NCBI GenBank assembly: GCA_905178155.1
Contig: CAJINV010000001.1
Span: forward strand, 11,577,832-11,641,831
Direction: 5' to 3'
Length of the DNA: 64,000 bases
DNA from: Amoebophrya sp. A120
Taxonomy: Eukaryota; Protista; Dinoflagellata
The first letter of the stretch is position 1. Each line of letters starts with the position of its first letter. Below, in pieces: positions 49,871 through 60,750 of the stretch. The position numbers and the translations under genes were made by a program. Under the pieces are notes generated by a model, which searched no databases, was not told where the DNA came from, and was given only the letters and a program-made list of their open reading frames with translations.

Positions 49871-52800
49871 CTAACCCTGCTTCCTCGGCAGCAGGGGCTC
49901 CGACAGGTCTTCCATTCTCTTGCTCACGTCTCGATCCATCTCGTTGCCCCCTCCGATCGGTATCGACACACCCGGTAGTGTGTTTGACGTGCTACGACGA
50001 CGGTCCACCAGCCGTTCTGAGTTCTCCCCCTGCTCGTGAATGCTGTCCAAGCTTTCGCGGTTACTGGTAAGCGTTCCAAGAGGTCCAAGGGCGATGCTCG
50101 TCTGCTGGGCCCACTGCGTCTTGCGCACGGCCAGGTTGCGCCGCTCGAAGCGAGCCTGTAAATAATGTTGTAGTCGCAGTTGTTTGAGTTTGATGCCTTG
50201 CGCTGGAATTGATTTCAGCTCCACGATCATGTCTAGCGTTTGGCTTTAACGGTCGGGCTGCAGTTCTACGAAAAACCAGAAAATTGTGCGTGTTTCAGTT
50301 TCTACGGACGAACAACGAAACCGAGTCTACTGCTACCAACGGCACAGAAATGTGAACGTGAACGAACGAAAAGGCTATAATAAAAGTTTGCACGGGTCGG
50401 CTCGAGGAGCGGCGGCCGTCAATGTCGCTCGGAATCACCACCATAAGACTGGTTGGGCGCCGGACACTCGGTATCGAGGGTGGTGAAAAGTCCTTCGGTG
50501 AGTCCTCCTTCCGTGCGGACAGGGAAACTGACGTCGTGCGTGTTTCGTCTGGAGTCCATCCGCGCGTTCCCTTTTGTTGTACGATGATTTTACGACACAT
50601 GTGGTTGTACGAGACCGACTTTACTTGTTTTCTTTTCGTGTGAACGAGTTTTGCTTGATTTTTTGGACGAATCTCTTCTGTGTGGTGCTTGCAGGATTAA
50701 GTACGAGTCAACGTTAAGTGCAAAGAAAAAAACGCTTCGGTATGACGTATTCTTGTATGAATGTAGTACCTGATTTGCCAGTCTGATCCCCGCCTGCACG
50801 ACTCGACCTGCCGCACGAAACCTGCCTTTCGCTGATGACAGCAACGACATTCTCTTCGGGGTTGACCCTTCCTCCGGTGAAGTAGAACTCGCGTCCTTCT
50901 TACCTCCCGCACTACTCGCATGTTCATCCGCAGCGTTCGTCGACGAAGCCGGAGACAAAATTGGTGACTGCTTCGGATGAATAACGTGATGCACATGGGC
51001 ATGGTCCATCTCGCCCCGTTTTTCTGGATGCAGAACCAAATGGTGCTGGTCCGCCTTGTGGATGCTTTCGACGCTCGCGACCGGCTGTGTCCGCGTGGCC
51101 CACTCCGTTGGGTCGTCCATGAAAGTTTTATGCTTTGGGACGTAGTCGACGTCGCCATTTTCCGATACGGCGTCAGGAGACTTGTCGCCGGCGAGGGCGC
51201 TGCTGCTGCCAGACAGAGGAGAGATGGATTCCTGCGGCAGTTTCGCCGCGGGCGCGAGGTGCTCCGTATGCTCGACCTCCTGCAAGTGCCGGACAAACGC
51301 CTTCTTCGTGATCAAACCGCGGAACTTCCCTGCAGAAACGACGGCAACAAACCGGAGACCAAGTTTGTGGAAGATCTGGTGGACGAGAAAGAGTGGCGTT
51401 TCCGGCACAATTCTGATAATCGTGTCGTCTAGTAAAGCGCTGTAGTCAAGCCCCGGGTTCTCCTCATGTTTCTTCTGCCGGTCGAAAAACCTGATGTTTC
51501 ACATAGGGGTAATCAACATATCGTGCAGATTTAGCTTCACTTTCGTTTATGTTTACATTGCATCGCGTTCGCAACTTTTCACAAGATACTGAAGTCACTT
51601 CTTAACGCACGTTTTTTCGCCTCTGTGACGTGTGGCGAGAAACAGAAAGTTGTTCAAAACATTACATCAATAAAAACAATACACTGGCGTTTCGTCGTCT
51701 ATTCTGTTGCCTCGGTGGAGGTAGCTCGGACTTTTATCCACCATGGCCCTTAATTCGTTTGCGTGAATGTAGCCGAGCAGCACCCACTCGTCCCCGCCCG
51801 CGTCGCCGAATTCCGACCGCACGAGCGGGAAGCCGTTGTAGTTCGGAAACACTTCCAGCATTTCCGTCATGGTGCCCACCGTGTTCGGGTCCTCGACGCA
51901 GATACAGTCAATGTCGTCGTCCATAATGTCCGCCGCCGTGCCCTTCACGATATGGTCCTCCGGCTCGTGGAGGTAAGGGTACTTCCTTAACCGTATGTGG
52001 CAGTCGTAAATGCCCTCCCCGAAGACGTCGCCCACCCAGCGCGCAACCTGCACCGCGAGCATGAAGGGCACGATGTGCTCCAGCGCACCGGTCAGCTCGA
52101 ACATGATCACCACCAGGGAGATGGTCACCCGGCACACACCGCCCAGCATGGCTGCCGCCCCGATCATGGCGTACACCCCCGGATCAATGAACACGTTCTC
52201 CGGGTCGAGCTGCAGGTTGACGTACCAGAGCGCGTTCCCGAGCATTCGGCCGATGCATGCGCCGCAGAAGAGGGACGGGACGAAAAGCCCCGCCGGGATA
52301 CCGGTGCCGAAGGTTATCGTCATCTGCAGAAACCGGTAGAAGCAGGCCAGCGCGAGGGTCCCGAGGGACACGAGGGAAAAGTTCGGCGTGCCGTCCTCGA
52401 CGGAACAAAGTTCCAGCTCGTCCTTCAGGTTCTGAATCCTGCTCCCCTGCGCAAAGAAGTCGCTGCAGGGGGCGAAGAGCCTGTGGATGACGCTGGTTCC
52501 GAGGGGAACGAGCAGGACGTTCAAGCTGTTCACGACAACCGTAAACGCCGCGATGCAGGCTACCTCGGCGACAACGGGGACGTTGCACCTCCACCATACC
52601 GACGCCCGGGTGGCACAGAGATCGCCGTTCAACCGGACGAAGATCGCGCCCAGAACGCCCCCAATCACGCCCAGAAAAGCGAAGGGGATGTACTCCATAA
52701 AGTGGATCATGCCCGTGTCGGTGACTTGGAACATGGTCAATTTGCCCGTGCCCGTCGGGTCGAAGTACTGCAAACTCAACGCCGCACAAACGGCTGCGAA

Positions 52801-52981
52801 AAATGCTCGGGAGCATGTCCGGGAAGGAAAGAAAGTCGATACCTGTGATGTGCTACAGATCATGCTTTGCTCCTTATGAAAGACTCAAAAATCAACGCGA
52901 TTGCAATGGATCAGAAGTACTCCATCCAACTAGGTACATTCACGGTGGAGCTTGTTCTATGACACCAGTACAAGGAAGTAC

Positions 52982-53012
<31 letters not shown>

Positions 53013-54391
53013 CCTCCTCAAAACTGAAGAGCACTCCTCCAAGCGGCGCACCGAACGCCACGGACACTCCGGCCGCCGCGCCCGCGGACAGCAACTCACG
53101 CACTTTCGCATGTGATTCGGCGAAGTTTCCCGGCAGCAAAGTCGAGCATAACATGGCCCAGCAGCAGCTCACGTGCACCAAGGGGCCTTCCTTCCCCAGA
53201 CACATACCAGCAGACACGACGAGGCAGAGGCCGATGCATTTGATGAAAAGGGTTGGTGCGGACAAGACCGCGGGCATGTGAAAACCACCGAGAATGGTTT
53301 TAATCTCCGGAATCCCGGATCCTCTCGCCGCCGGAGCCACGTTCTTCACCAAAATCGCCGCAATGACGGTGAGCAGGACCCCGGACACCGCCAGGACGAG
53401 GCTACGCCAGGTAGCCACCTCGAAGCCGCCCTGACTCTGGCCGAGAACCTCGCCCCAGGTCTTCAGCTGCCCTTGCGGAGCGGCGGTCGTGGTACCGTCA
53501 GGAGCGGTAGTCACCAGCGGTTGACACGCGAAGTTTGCGACGACCTGGTGATAGATATACATTGGGAATGGGACCAGATCAGCAACTACAGTGATGGTCT
53601 TGATAAACATAGTGGATAGCAAACACAAACTCAGATCAGAAGCACATCAACTACGAAAATCAAAATCAAAATGACGAAGGACGTAAAAATACGTCGTGCC
53701 CGCAACAGTCCTTCGCCGTCGCAAAAACGTTATCCACACAGTAGCCGTTTCGCCAGGTGAAAATTTTCTCGACCATGATTTCGATAAAGCTCGCACTAGC
53801 CGCCCCCATGAATCCCCCGATTCCGGGTATCACCCAGCTGGACGCCTCGAACCAGACGCGTTCTATCCTTCCGTGTTCCCCCGACTCGAATTCCGTCTGT
53901 CGCATCACGTCTTTCGTAAGTTCCCTGCGGAAAGAAACGGTAGAAAACGCGTCCCAGGGCGTGTAGCTCAACTTATTCGTCCGCTGCGCCGATGCGTTGA
54001 AGCTGCTTGCCTGCCGGCGCCTGGAGCGAATGTTTTCGCCGCCATAGCCACTGCTACCAGAACCGTAGCTCACTTTCTCACTATTGTAGCTGTCTATTTT
54101 ATTCAGGTTTTCTTCCTGCAGCGTCGCTCTGTCCCGCTCCTCCCCAATGCCCGCCACCGCGGACCCCTCGGAACGAAGTTGCGCGAACGCTCCGCCTGCT
54201 GGGCCCCCGAGGGACGTCGAACTCGCGGCGGTAGTTTGCCCAAAACTAACCGTCTTTGCGGAAGAGGACCCGGTTTTGTTGGACGACGGTTCATTGGGGA
54301 CGTCTTCGTCGATAATGAGTGAATCAGCAACCGCCGCCGCATCGTCACCATCGCCGTCCGTGAACCGTCGGTCGACCAAGTTATCGCTCAT
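49871..54391 (-). CDS. CLC-family Cl-/H+ exchanger (ClC-3/4/5-like) with two CBS domains; exons 54391-53693, 53544-53014, 52842-~51683, 51490-50770, 3' exons less certain
   Basis: Signatures [34 protein letters not shown] and [12 protein letters not shown], plus CBS motifs YNGFPLV and [11 protein letters not shown]. Confidence 0.92.
52982..53012. repeat. (TAAG)7 tetranucleotide microsatellite directly at a CLC intron donor
   Basis: GTAAGTAAGTAAG...TA on +; the transcript reads GAG|GTACTTACTTACTTAC... Confidence 0.9.
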
Positions 54392-54484
54392 GGTTAAATT
54401 TTTCGAAAGCGCTTAGCTAGCGCTCATAGTGCATCATGCTTTGTTTGACCGCACCACAGCCTCCCCGGTGCTAAAATGGAAACA

Positions 54485-54616
54485 AGCCCCTGGGAGGCTC
54501 CCAGGGGCTCCTTTTTATCGCAAGTACTTTCGGTGCTGGCTCCTTTTTATCGCAAGTACCTGGGAGCAGAGCTCCGAGCTCTGCTGGCTCCTTTTTATCG
54601 CAAGTACTTTCGGTGC
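54485..54616. repeat. three 22-bp direct repeats interleaved with two perfect palindromes, upstream of the CLC start
   Basis: GGCTCCTTTTTATCGCAAGTAC at 54506, 54538 and 54586. Palindromes AGCCCCTGGGAG-G-CTCCCAGGGGCT (54485-54509) and AGCAGAGCTC-C-GAGCTCTGCT (54565-54585). Confidence 0.9.
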
Positions 54617-55374
54617 AAGGGAGCACGCTAATTTTTTCTCAAACTTCGCGAAACTACTACAGTATATGTCTAGCTTTAGCGTATCTCCACCGTCTCAGAT
54701 GCTCACCAGGACATCAGAAGAAAACTAGTATGTACTGTAGGAAACACACGACGACACATTGACATTGTTGGGGTATTTGAAGTGAGTACTCCGGAAAGGG
54801 AAGAACCTGTTAAAGATGCATGGAAGACGATTGTCACCGATTTTCCGTGCACCCTTCTAGTGGTGTACCGCATGCGCCGGGAAAAAGCAACAAACGTCGC
54901 AGCATCAATTCCAAGTACTGAGACTGATGAAGCTGAATGAAAACGAAAGAACGCGAAAAAAAAAATGGCAATGAAGAAGCACGATAGATTTTGATTTATG
55001 AAAAAAACAGAAAGAAAAAAATAACGAGCGCGACAAGGAAGATCGATTATGCCGGTTTCAACAGTACTGTACGATTGATACTTCTTTTTCATTTCTTGCA
55101 GTACGAAAAAAAAAGAACGACTTTGCGAATTGCGGACGACGACGATGTACTAAACGAGGCAAAAAAAAAGCTCCTCTGTGTGCAGCAAGAACGCGAGAGC
55201 GCAGTCGTTGAACAAGAAGTTTCGCAAATCCTGGGCACAACTAGGCTCTGGCTCACGCAAAATAAAGTTGCACGGGCAAATGTTGCGTTGCTTCTAATGA
55301 TGACTTGTAATGTACAGCGAAGAGCATTGTGATTCTGACTCATTCTGCCAGGCTGAGGCATCAACACGACAAAC

Positions 55375-58300
55375 CTAGAGTCTCAAAAACTCTGTGAGCA
55401 GCTGTGTATTGATTTTGTTCCTTCGATTCGCAGTGCCCAGAGCCGAAGCAGCTTGGGAATTGTGATGCATCTTCATGAAGCGCGCATCGATTCGCTCCAC
55501 GAGGAGCATCGACGAAAACAGCGCTTCCACTGTCACCACCACCTCTTCCCGGGCGCGCGACTCGCTTTCCAAACAAGGATACAGCTCCCGGTGCTCGATC
55601 TCCAGCCAGGCACGCAGGAAGACAAGAGACCGCAAAACACCGTGGAGGTAGTCCTGCGAGTACTGGAGCAGCACAACATACCAGCAGCCAATAAGCACGG
55701 CAAGGGTAGACGGTTTGTCGTCAGGGGTAGCAGGTGGTGGAGCTGTTTTTTTCACTTTCGCCGTGTGCAGCAGTGAGCTTTTAGAAGAGCTGGAAGTGCT
55801 GGATTTCGAGTTGCTAGTAGCGGAGGTACTGACTGGCCTATCCTTATTCTTTCCGTTTTGCAGCACAAACTCTCCATCCTCGGGGGTTCGGGACTTCGCA
55901 GATCCGCGGGAAGAATTCGCGGGCGCGCTGGGCGGCGATGGCGTCCTGCTGCTTGTTGTCACAGGAGGTTTCTGTCTGTAGTTTGCGAGAACGAAGCTTG
56001 GCAGGTACTTCTTGATGAAGTGGAGAAATGCTTTCAAGCACCTACGGATGTAAAACGCCTGGTCCATCGGGTTCGTGGCGCGCAGGAACAGAGTAAAATC
56101 CTCGTTGCACAGCGCAAGGATCAGCGCGCCACTCTTCACCAGCACTTCCGCGACCGGCTCCTCCTCCGGCGGGGGCGTGTGCGCCTGCCCGCTTGTTGCG
56201 CTCGGTGAAGAGAAGAGCAGTTCTTTCCCGGCTCCTGCTTCTCGAGAAGATGTTGTTCTGCTGCCAGGTGTTGTTTGCAAGTGGAACCGCTGAAGCGCGT
56301 CAAGATGATCTCTGATCGCTGCGGTCTGTATGGCGGCGGAGCTAGGCGGTGGAGACTGAATTACCTCTCTGTCGTCTCCCAGAAGATCCACCCCGTCCTC
56401 GCCGTTTCCGCCAGCTACGACCATGCTCAGGTCCTCGCCGGCGTAAGTACTCGAGCCCGGTGGTGTCCCCGCGTGCGAATCAAGCGGACTGGCGTCATCC
56501 GGCGAGAACGCACCCTCTGCGGCGAGTAGCGCCGCGGAGATCGCTTTTCCAAACCCCTTCTCCGCGATCTCCTTTCCGGCCGGAGACCCGGTACTAGTAA
56601 GTACTACCGGCGGGCCGGGCGTTGTGACCGCAGCGGTCGACGTGTGGTCCGACGCCGGGGACTGCGGCCCCGCGGACTGCGCTTGCTGCAGAAGTTCTGC
56701 TGGGGAGAAAGCGAAGTTCGTCAAGACCCGCATCCCGTCCTGAGAGATGAGAACTTCGATTTTTGTCAATAGCGCGATCTCCAACGCGTCCAGGTCGTCC
56801 CCTTCGGGCAAGACTTTCAGCCAGCGCTTGTCCCAGAACCGAAAGGCTTCTTGCGCCAAACCTCGATACAGCGGTCCGCGTTCCAGCGCAACGTCTGCAT
56901 CTTGGAACTGGAATGGAGCTGCGCTCTCGTCTTGCGCGGAAATCGGCGAGGGCGCGCGCGGAAGCGAAGGCCGTTTACGACCTTTGGAATTGCTTCGGCG
57001 AGAACTGCTACTGCGCTGCCGTTCTGAAGTTGATGAAGTAGCTCTTGCTGTTCCATCCTCAAAGTAGTTCTCATCTGGGACGGGTGATATACTTCGCGAA
57101 GTCCGCTCTGCTTCATCTCGACGGTGCTGCAGCACTCTCTTGCCAGTCCTTCCCTCGAGCAGGCACAGGTAGTCTTCGAGCTCTCGCCGGCTTTTGTGAT
57201 GTTCATCGCTGGTGTCTAGTACTTCTGCTGGGCTCCGGTCCTCGCGCGATGGCGGCAGGAAGATCCGGATGGGATTTCCGGGGCTGGACAAGTCGCGCGG
57301 CGGCTTCAGGATTCCCTGACCGTACAAGACCGCTTCATGCGCGTTCCGCAACGCTTGGCGCATCCTGTGGAGGAAAGCGACCAGCTCCGCACGGCCCCGG
57401 GGCGACAGAAAGCGCAGAGACGCGCTGGAAGCGGAGTAACCGTGCCCATCTTTCGACTTCCTTCTTGTAGAGTAGTACGACGGGGAGCGGTGCGGCTGCG
57501 ATGGGTAGCGGATCAAGTTCCCCGGGTCGGGGCTCGAGGGCGCAGAGGAGTCCGGGGTCGGGAAGCGCAAACCCAAAAACGGAGAAACGGCGTCTTTCGG
57601 CTTCGATTTGCTCGACGTAGAGGAACACGTTGTGCTGACTTCCGTCTCAACCGTTGTTGCAGTCCTCCCACTGTCGGGAGCGCCGCTTCGAGATGAAATG
57701 GCTTCGGGCAGCCGGGGAGGTCGTGCTCCTGCTTCGGCTTTGCTGATGCTTTCGACGGTCGAAGTAGGTGCTGGTGTATTTTTTCCCAGCTCTGTTATTT
57801 CCTCTTTGAGTTCCAAAGAAATCGGTGACGTCCTTACAGTAGCGCCGTACGTCGCAGCTTCTCCTCCGAATACGGTGGACGATGTTACCGGCACCACCAG
57901 AAGGTGCCGGAATGGGTCGCAGGTAATTCGAGGATCGGTCATGTTCGCCAGCAATGCTGCGTCGTACTTGATTTTGTTTTTCGTCAAACTCTGTGGTCCT
58001 TTTCGGTTCGGTGAATGGCTGTTCGTCCGTCCAGAAACCAGCCTAGATGTGCTGGCTTGACCCGTGGAGGTTGTACTTCCGCCAAACTTCCACACTACCC
58101 CGTCATTCAGCTCCTCTTCGTAAAACAGCAGAATGGTCCGCATCACATCGAGCTTGTTCCGAGAGTAGTTCACCTTACGCTGGAATTGCCGGATCTCCGC
58201 GAACTTTTGCAATTCGTAGCTCGCGCCACGCTGCCACGCATCTCGACGACGGACAGAGAGCCAAATTTGCTGGTCCTGCGGCGATGCGATCGCCTTGGCG

Positions 58301-60750
58301 CCGGTGAGCTGTTCAGCAGTGCGACCAGCCAACGCCGATTGCTCATCGCCACTGAAATCGTTAGTGGTGACAACGCGAATGTTTTGTGCCATCCTGGCTA
58401 AATTGTGCGACTGAAGCTGCTTGCGCCAACTCGCTTCCTTGAGTCGTGCTAAAATCTCCCTTCGGCCCTCGATTTGGGTGCGCAGAAATCCGAGAAATTC
58501 CTGACTCTGTGCGACGCTCGCGGCGTTAAAAAGATCCTGACCAGAGGTATTGCGCGTACGATCTCGATCGGATAGAAGGGATGGCTCGCTTGCAAAAGTC
58601 GTCAGACCCCCGGTGAGTGGAGGAGCTGAAGATGTGGAATTGCTGGTGTGCTCCTTTTCAACCTTAGTGTCGTTCTCAATCGCATCTGCTTGTCCCGCAT
58701 TGACTTTTTTCGCATGTAGTAGCGTTCCCTCGTCACGGTCAGCTTCCTTGCCCATGCTGCTGGAAGCACTAGCAGTCGCGCCAAACAGCGCCGCAAAAGG
58801 TTCTCTCCCTGCAGCTTGAGCTTCACCTCGTGCGGCCCTAGTTGCTTCCTTCCCCGTACTATGGGCATCACTGCTGCCCTCCACCTCAAAGAAAATTCTT
58901 GGTGGGACCCGATCGGGAATTTCTGGCGTCGCGTTGTCCATGGGCGACAAGTTTCCCACACTAAACGCCCGTTTCACGCTCAACAGCTGCCCCCTGTCAT
59001 AAATCAGCGGTCCCGCGGGCGTGCGCTGCAAAGACTGCAGGGCATTTGTCGTCACACTGCGCTCGAGCGAGCTGCGGGGCCGGGCAGGAATTCGGTTCGG
59101 TAGCTCGGGCGTCGTTGCGTTTACTGGGCTGTAGGCCTCGACGGGACCGAATGCGGTAACTTTTTTCAGGGTCGGTGGCGCGAGCTCGCCGGCCGGGACC
59201 ACCCTTGGTCTACTGCTTGAGTTCCTGCTTGGCCAGGTGAGATCACCTTGCAGACTCAGGTCAGCGCCTCCTTGTAGATGAGAAAACGCGTTGCGAAGCT
59301 TCTCCTCTGTACCACGACCTGGCGGTTCTGCTTGGTCGCGTGCTGGAGAGACAGTATTGTTGCTCGCCTCCTCCTGCCCACCACCACCTGCTTTGTCTTT
59401 TAGAAAGAGCGCGGGCATGGATCTCCGATTTAGCAGTAGCAGGTTCGCAGCGCTGTTTTCCGGACTTCGCAGTGGACTCCGCGTCCGCCTCTTCGCGCGG
59501 TTTCGCGACCAGAAGTACTTAGCAAGGGATTTTACGTCCTCGCGCTCCACTTCTAGCTCTCGGGAAGAACTGGAAGTGTGTACTTCCAGTTCCTGTGCAT
59601 CCAGTGCCGGCGGCGGAATTCTGCGATTTCTGGCCGAAGAGGAGGCTGCACGACCATTTCCGCTCTCTAGTTTTCTAGACGCACCTGCAAACAGCGCAGA
59701 GAAGGGTGGTTCTTGACCTGCGTCCTTGCCCGTAGCATTTTTACCGCTTCTTGTAATCCCAACCCGCTCGGGCGTGTCCCCGGAGCTGGTTCTATGCAAA
59801 TCCGGCGAGTCCTTGAGCTCCCTAAGTTCCCGTGCCTCCAGGATTTGGCTCGACGAAACCGAGTCTAGGTCGCTCCAGTTGATCGAAGGGCCGGTGGACG
59901 AATCGGTGTCGCTGGAATTCTTGTCAACGTAGGACTCCAAAGTGACGGACGACACGATCTCGGACCCACTCGCCGTGCTCCGAATTGGTGGCGGCGGTGC
60001 TAAGGCGGTCTTTCCCGCAATCGCCGGGTCCGTCGCGCCGTGGGGCAGAATCATCGGGTTCGAAGGTGGTGGTGACGAAAATGGAACACCAGGAGGTGTG
60101 CGTACTGGAAGTTTTTTTCCGACGATAATTCCGCTTGTTTTCCCGTCTCCCTCCTCGTCGTGTGAAGATTTTTTGAGCCCCAGTGAATTTGTAGCTCTGA
60201 AATCCATTCGACGAACCCGGTACTGCATGTTGTCCTCTAGTCTCAGCTCGTACCTGGCTCGGCAGTTTGGACACCCGGCCGCAAGCTTCGCGTGCACGAA
60301 CCGCGCGTCGCGTTCCTCGACAAGCACCCCGGCTCCGCATTGCTGGCAGTTGAACTCAATCACCGTTGTGAACAGCACCCGCTTCTGCGCAGGTATGCTG
60401 ACGTTCCGCTTCAATAGCGCTTGCTCCTCCTCTTTGCTCAGCGGGTCGAGGGGGATGTCCTCGAGGTTCTCGTCGAAACCGATGTCTGCCTCCGACGCCT
60501 CATCGCCGGAAAAGTTGTCCACCGCCTTGCCCTGCCGGACCCGGGTCGCCTGCCCAGCGACGGTGAAAAGGGCGCGGTCGCGGATGAACGCCGCAACGTC
60601 CTCCGCGATGGGGCTCAAGGTGAAGTCGTTCCCAGTGTCAGCTCCATCTGCCGCGAAGGTGGTTCCGCCGACGATGGAAAGCCGGGGGGATTGCTCCGAT
60701 TGTTCCTGAAGATCCTCGTTGTCCCACACAAAGGGCGCCAAGGGATCCAT
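55375..60750 (-). CDS. large (1791-aa ORF) mostly disordered protein with N-terminal CxxC..CxxC Zn ribbon and helical C-terminal region; further 3' exons possible
   Basis: Uninterrupted 5.4-kb ORF with CQQCG...CPNC and YDRGQLL motifs. Confidence 0.8.
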   Translation of the reverse strand: MDPLAPFVWDNEDLQEQSEQSPRLSIVGGTTFAADGADTGNDFTLSPIAEDVAAFIRDRALFTVAGQATRVRQGKAVDNFSGDEASEADIGFDENLEDIPLDPLSKEEEQALLKRNVSIPAQKRVLFTTVIEFNCQQCGAGVLVEERDARFVHAKLAAGCPNCRARYELRLEDNMQYRVRRMDFRATNSLGLKKSSHDEEGDGKTSGIIVGKKLPVRTPPGVPFSSPPPSNPMILPHGATDPAIAGKTALAPPPPIRSTASGSEIVSSVTLESYVDKNSSDTDSSTGPSINWSDLDSVSSSQILEARELRELKDSPDLHRTSSGDTPERVGITRSGKNATGKDAGQEPPFSALFAGASRKLESGNGRAASSSARNRRIPPPALDAQELEVHTSSSSRELEVEREDVKSLAKYFWSRNRAKRRTRSPLRSPENSAANLLLLNRRSMPALFLKDKAGGGGQEEASNNTVSPARDQAEPPGRGTEEKLRNAFSHLQGGADLSLQGDLTWPSRNSSSRPRVVPAGELAPPTLKKVTAFGPVEAYSPVNATTPELPNRIPARPRSSLERSVTTNALQSLQRTPAGPLIYDRGQLLSVKRAFSVGNLSPMDNATPEIPDRVPPRIFFEVEGSSDAHSTGKEATRAARGEAQAAGREPFAALFGATASASSSMGKEADRDEGTLLHAKKVNAGQADAIENDTKVEKEHTSNSTSSAPPLTGGLTTFASEPSLLSDRDRTRNTSGQDLFNAASVAQSQEFLGFLRTQIEGRREILARLKEASWRKQLQSHNLARMAQNIRVVTTNDFSGDEQSALAGRTAEQLTGAKAIASPQDQQIWLSVRRRDAWQRGASYELQKFAEIRQFQRKVNYSRNKLDVMRTILLFYEEELNDGVVWKFGGSTTSTGQASTSRLVSGRTNSHSPNRKGPQSLTKNKIKYDAALLANMTDPRITCDPFRHLLVVPVTSSTVFGGEAATYGATVRTSPISLELKEEITELGKNTPAPTSTVESISKAEAGARPPRLPEAISSRSGAPDSGRTATTVETEVSTTCSSTSSKSKPKDAVSPFLGLRFPTPDSSAPSSPDPGNLIRYPSQPHRSPSYYSTRRKSKDGHGYSASSASLRFLSPRGRAELVAFLHRMRQALRNAHEAVLYGQGILKPPRDLSSPGNPIRIFLPPSREDRSPAEVLDTSDEHHKSRRELEDYLCLLEGRTGKRVLQHRRDEAERTSRSISPVPDENYFEDGTARATSSTSERQRSSSSRRSNSKGRKRPSLPRAPSPISAQDESAAPFQFQDADVALERGPLYRGLAQEAFRFWDKRWLKVLPEGDDLDALEIALLTKIEVLISQDGMRVLTNFAFSPAELLQQAQSAGPQSPASDHTSTAAVTTPGPPVVLTSTGSPAGKEIAEKGFGKAISAALLAAEGAFSPDDASPLDSHAGTPPGSSTYAGEDLSMVVAGGNGEDGVDLLGDDREVIQSPPPSSAAIQTAAIRDHLDALQRFHLQTTPGSRTTSSREAGAGKELLFSSPSATSGQAHTPPPEEEPVAEVLVKSGALILALCNEDFTLFLRATNPMDQAFYIRRCLKAFLHFIKKYLPSFVLANYRQKPPVTTSSRTPSPPSAPANSSRGSAKSRTPEDGEFVLQNGKNKDRPVSTSATSNSKSSTSSSSKSSLLHTAKVKKTAPPPATPDDKPSTLAVLIGCWYVVLLQYSQDYLHGVLRSLVFLRAWLEIEHRELYPCLESESRAREEVVVTVEALFSSMLLVERIDARFMKMHHNSQAASALGTANRRNKINTQLLTEFLRL

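Noticed and set aside
54506-54607. CRISPR-like array
   Set aside because: There are only three units, the spacers are short, unequal and partly recycled, no cas genes are present, and the context is eukaryotic.
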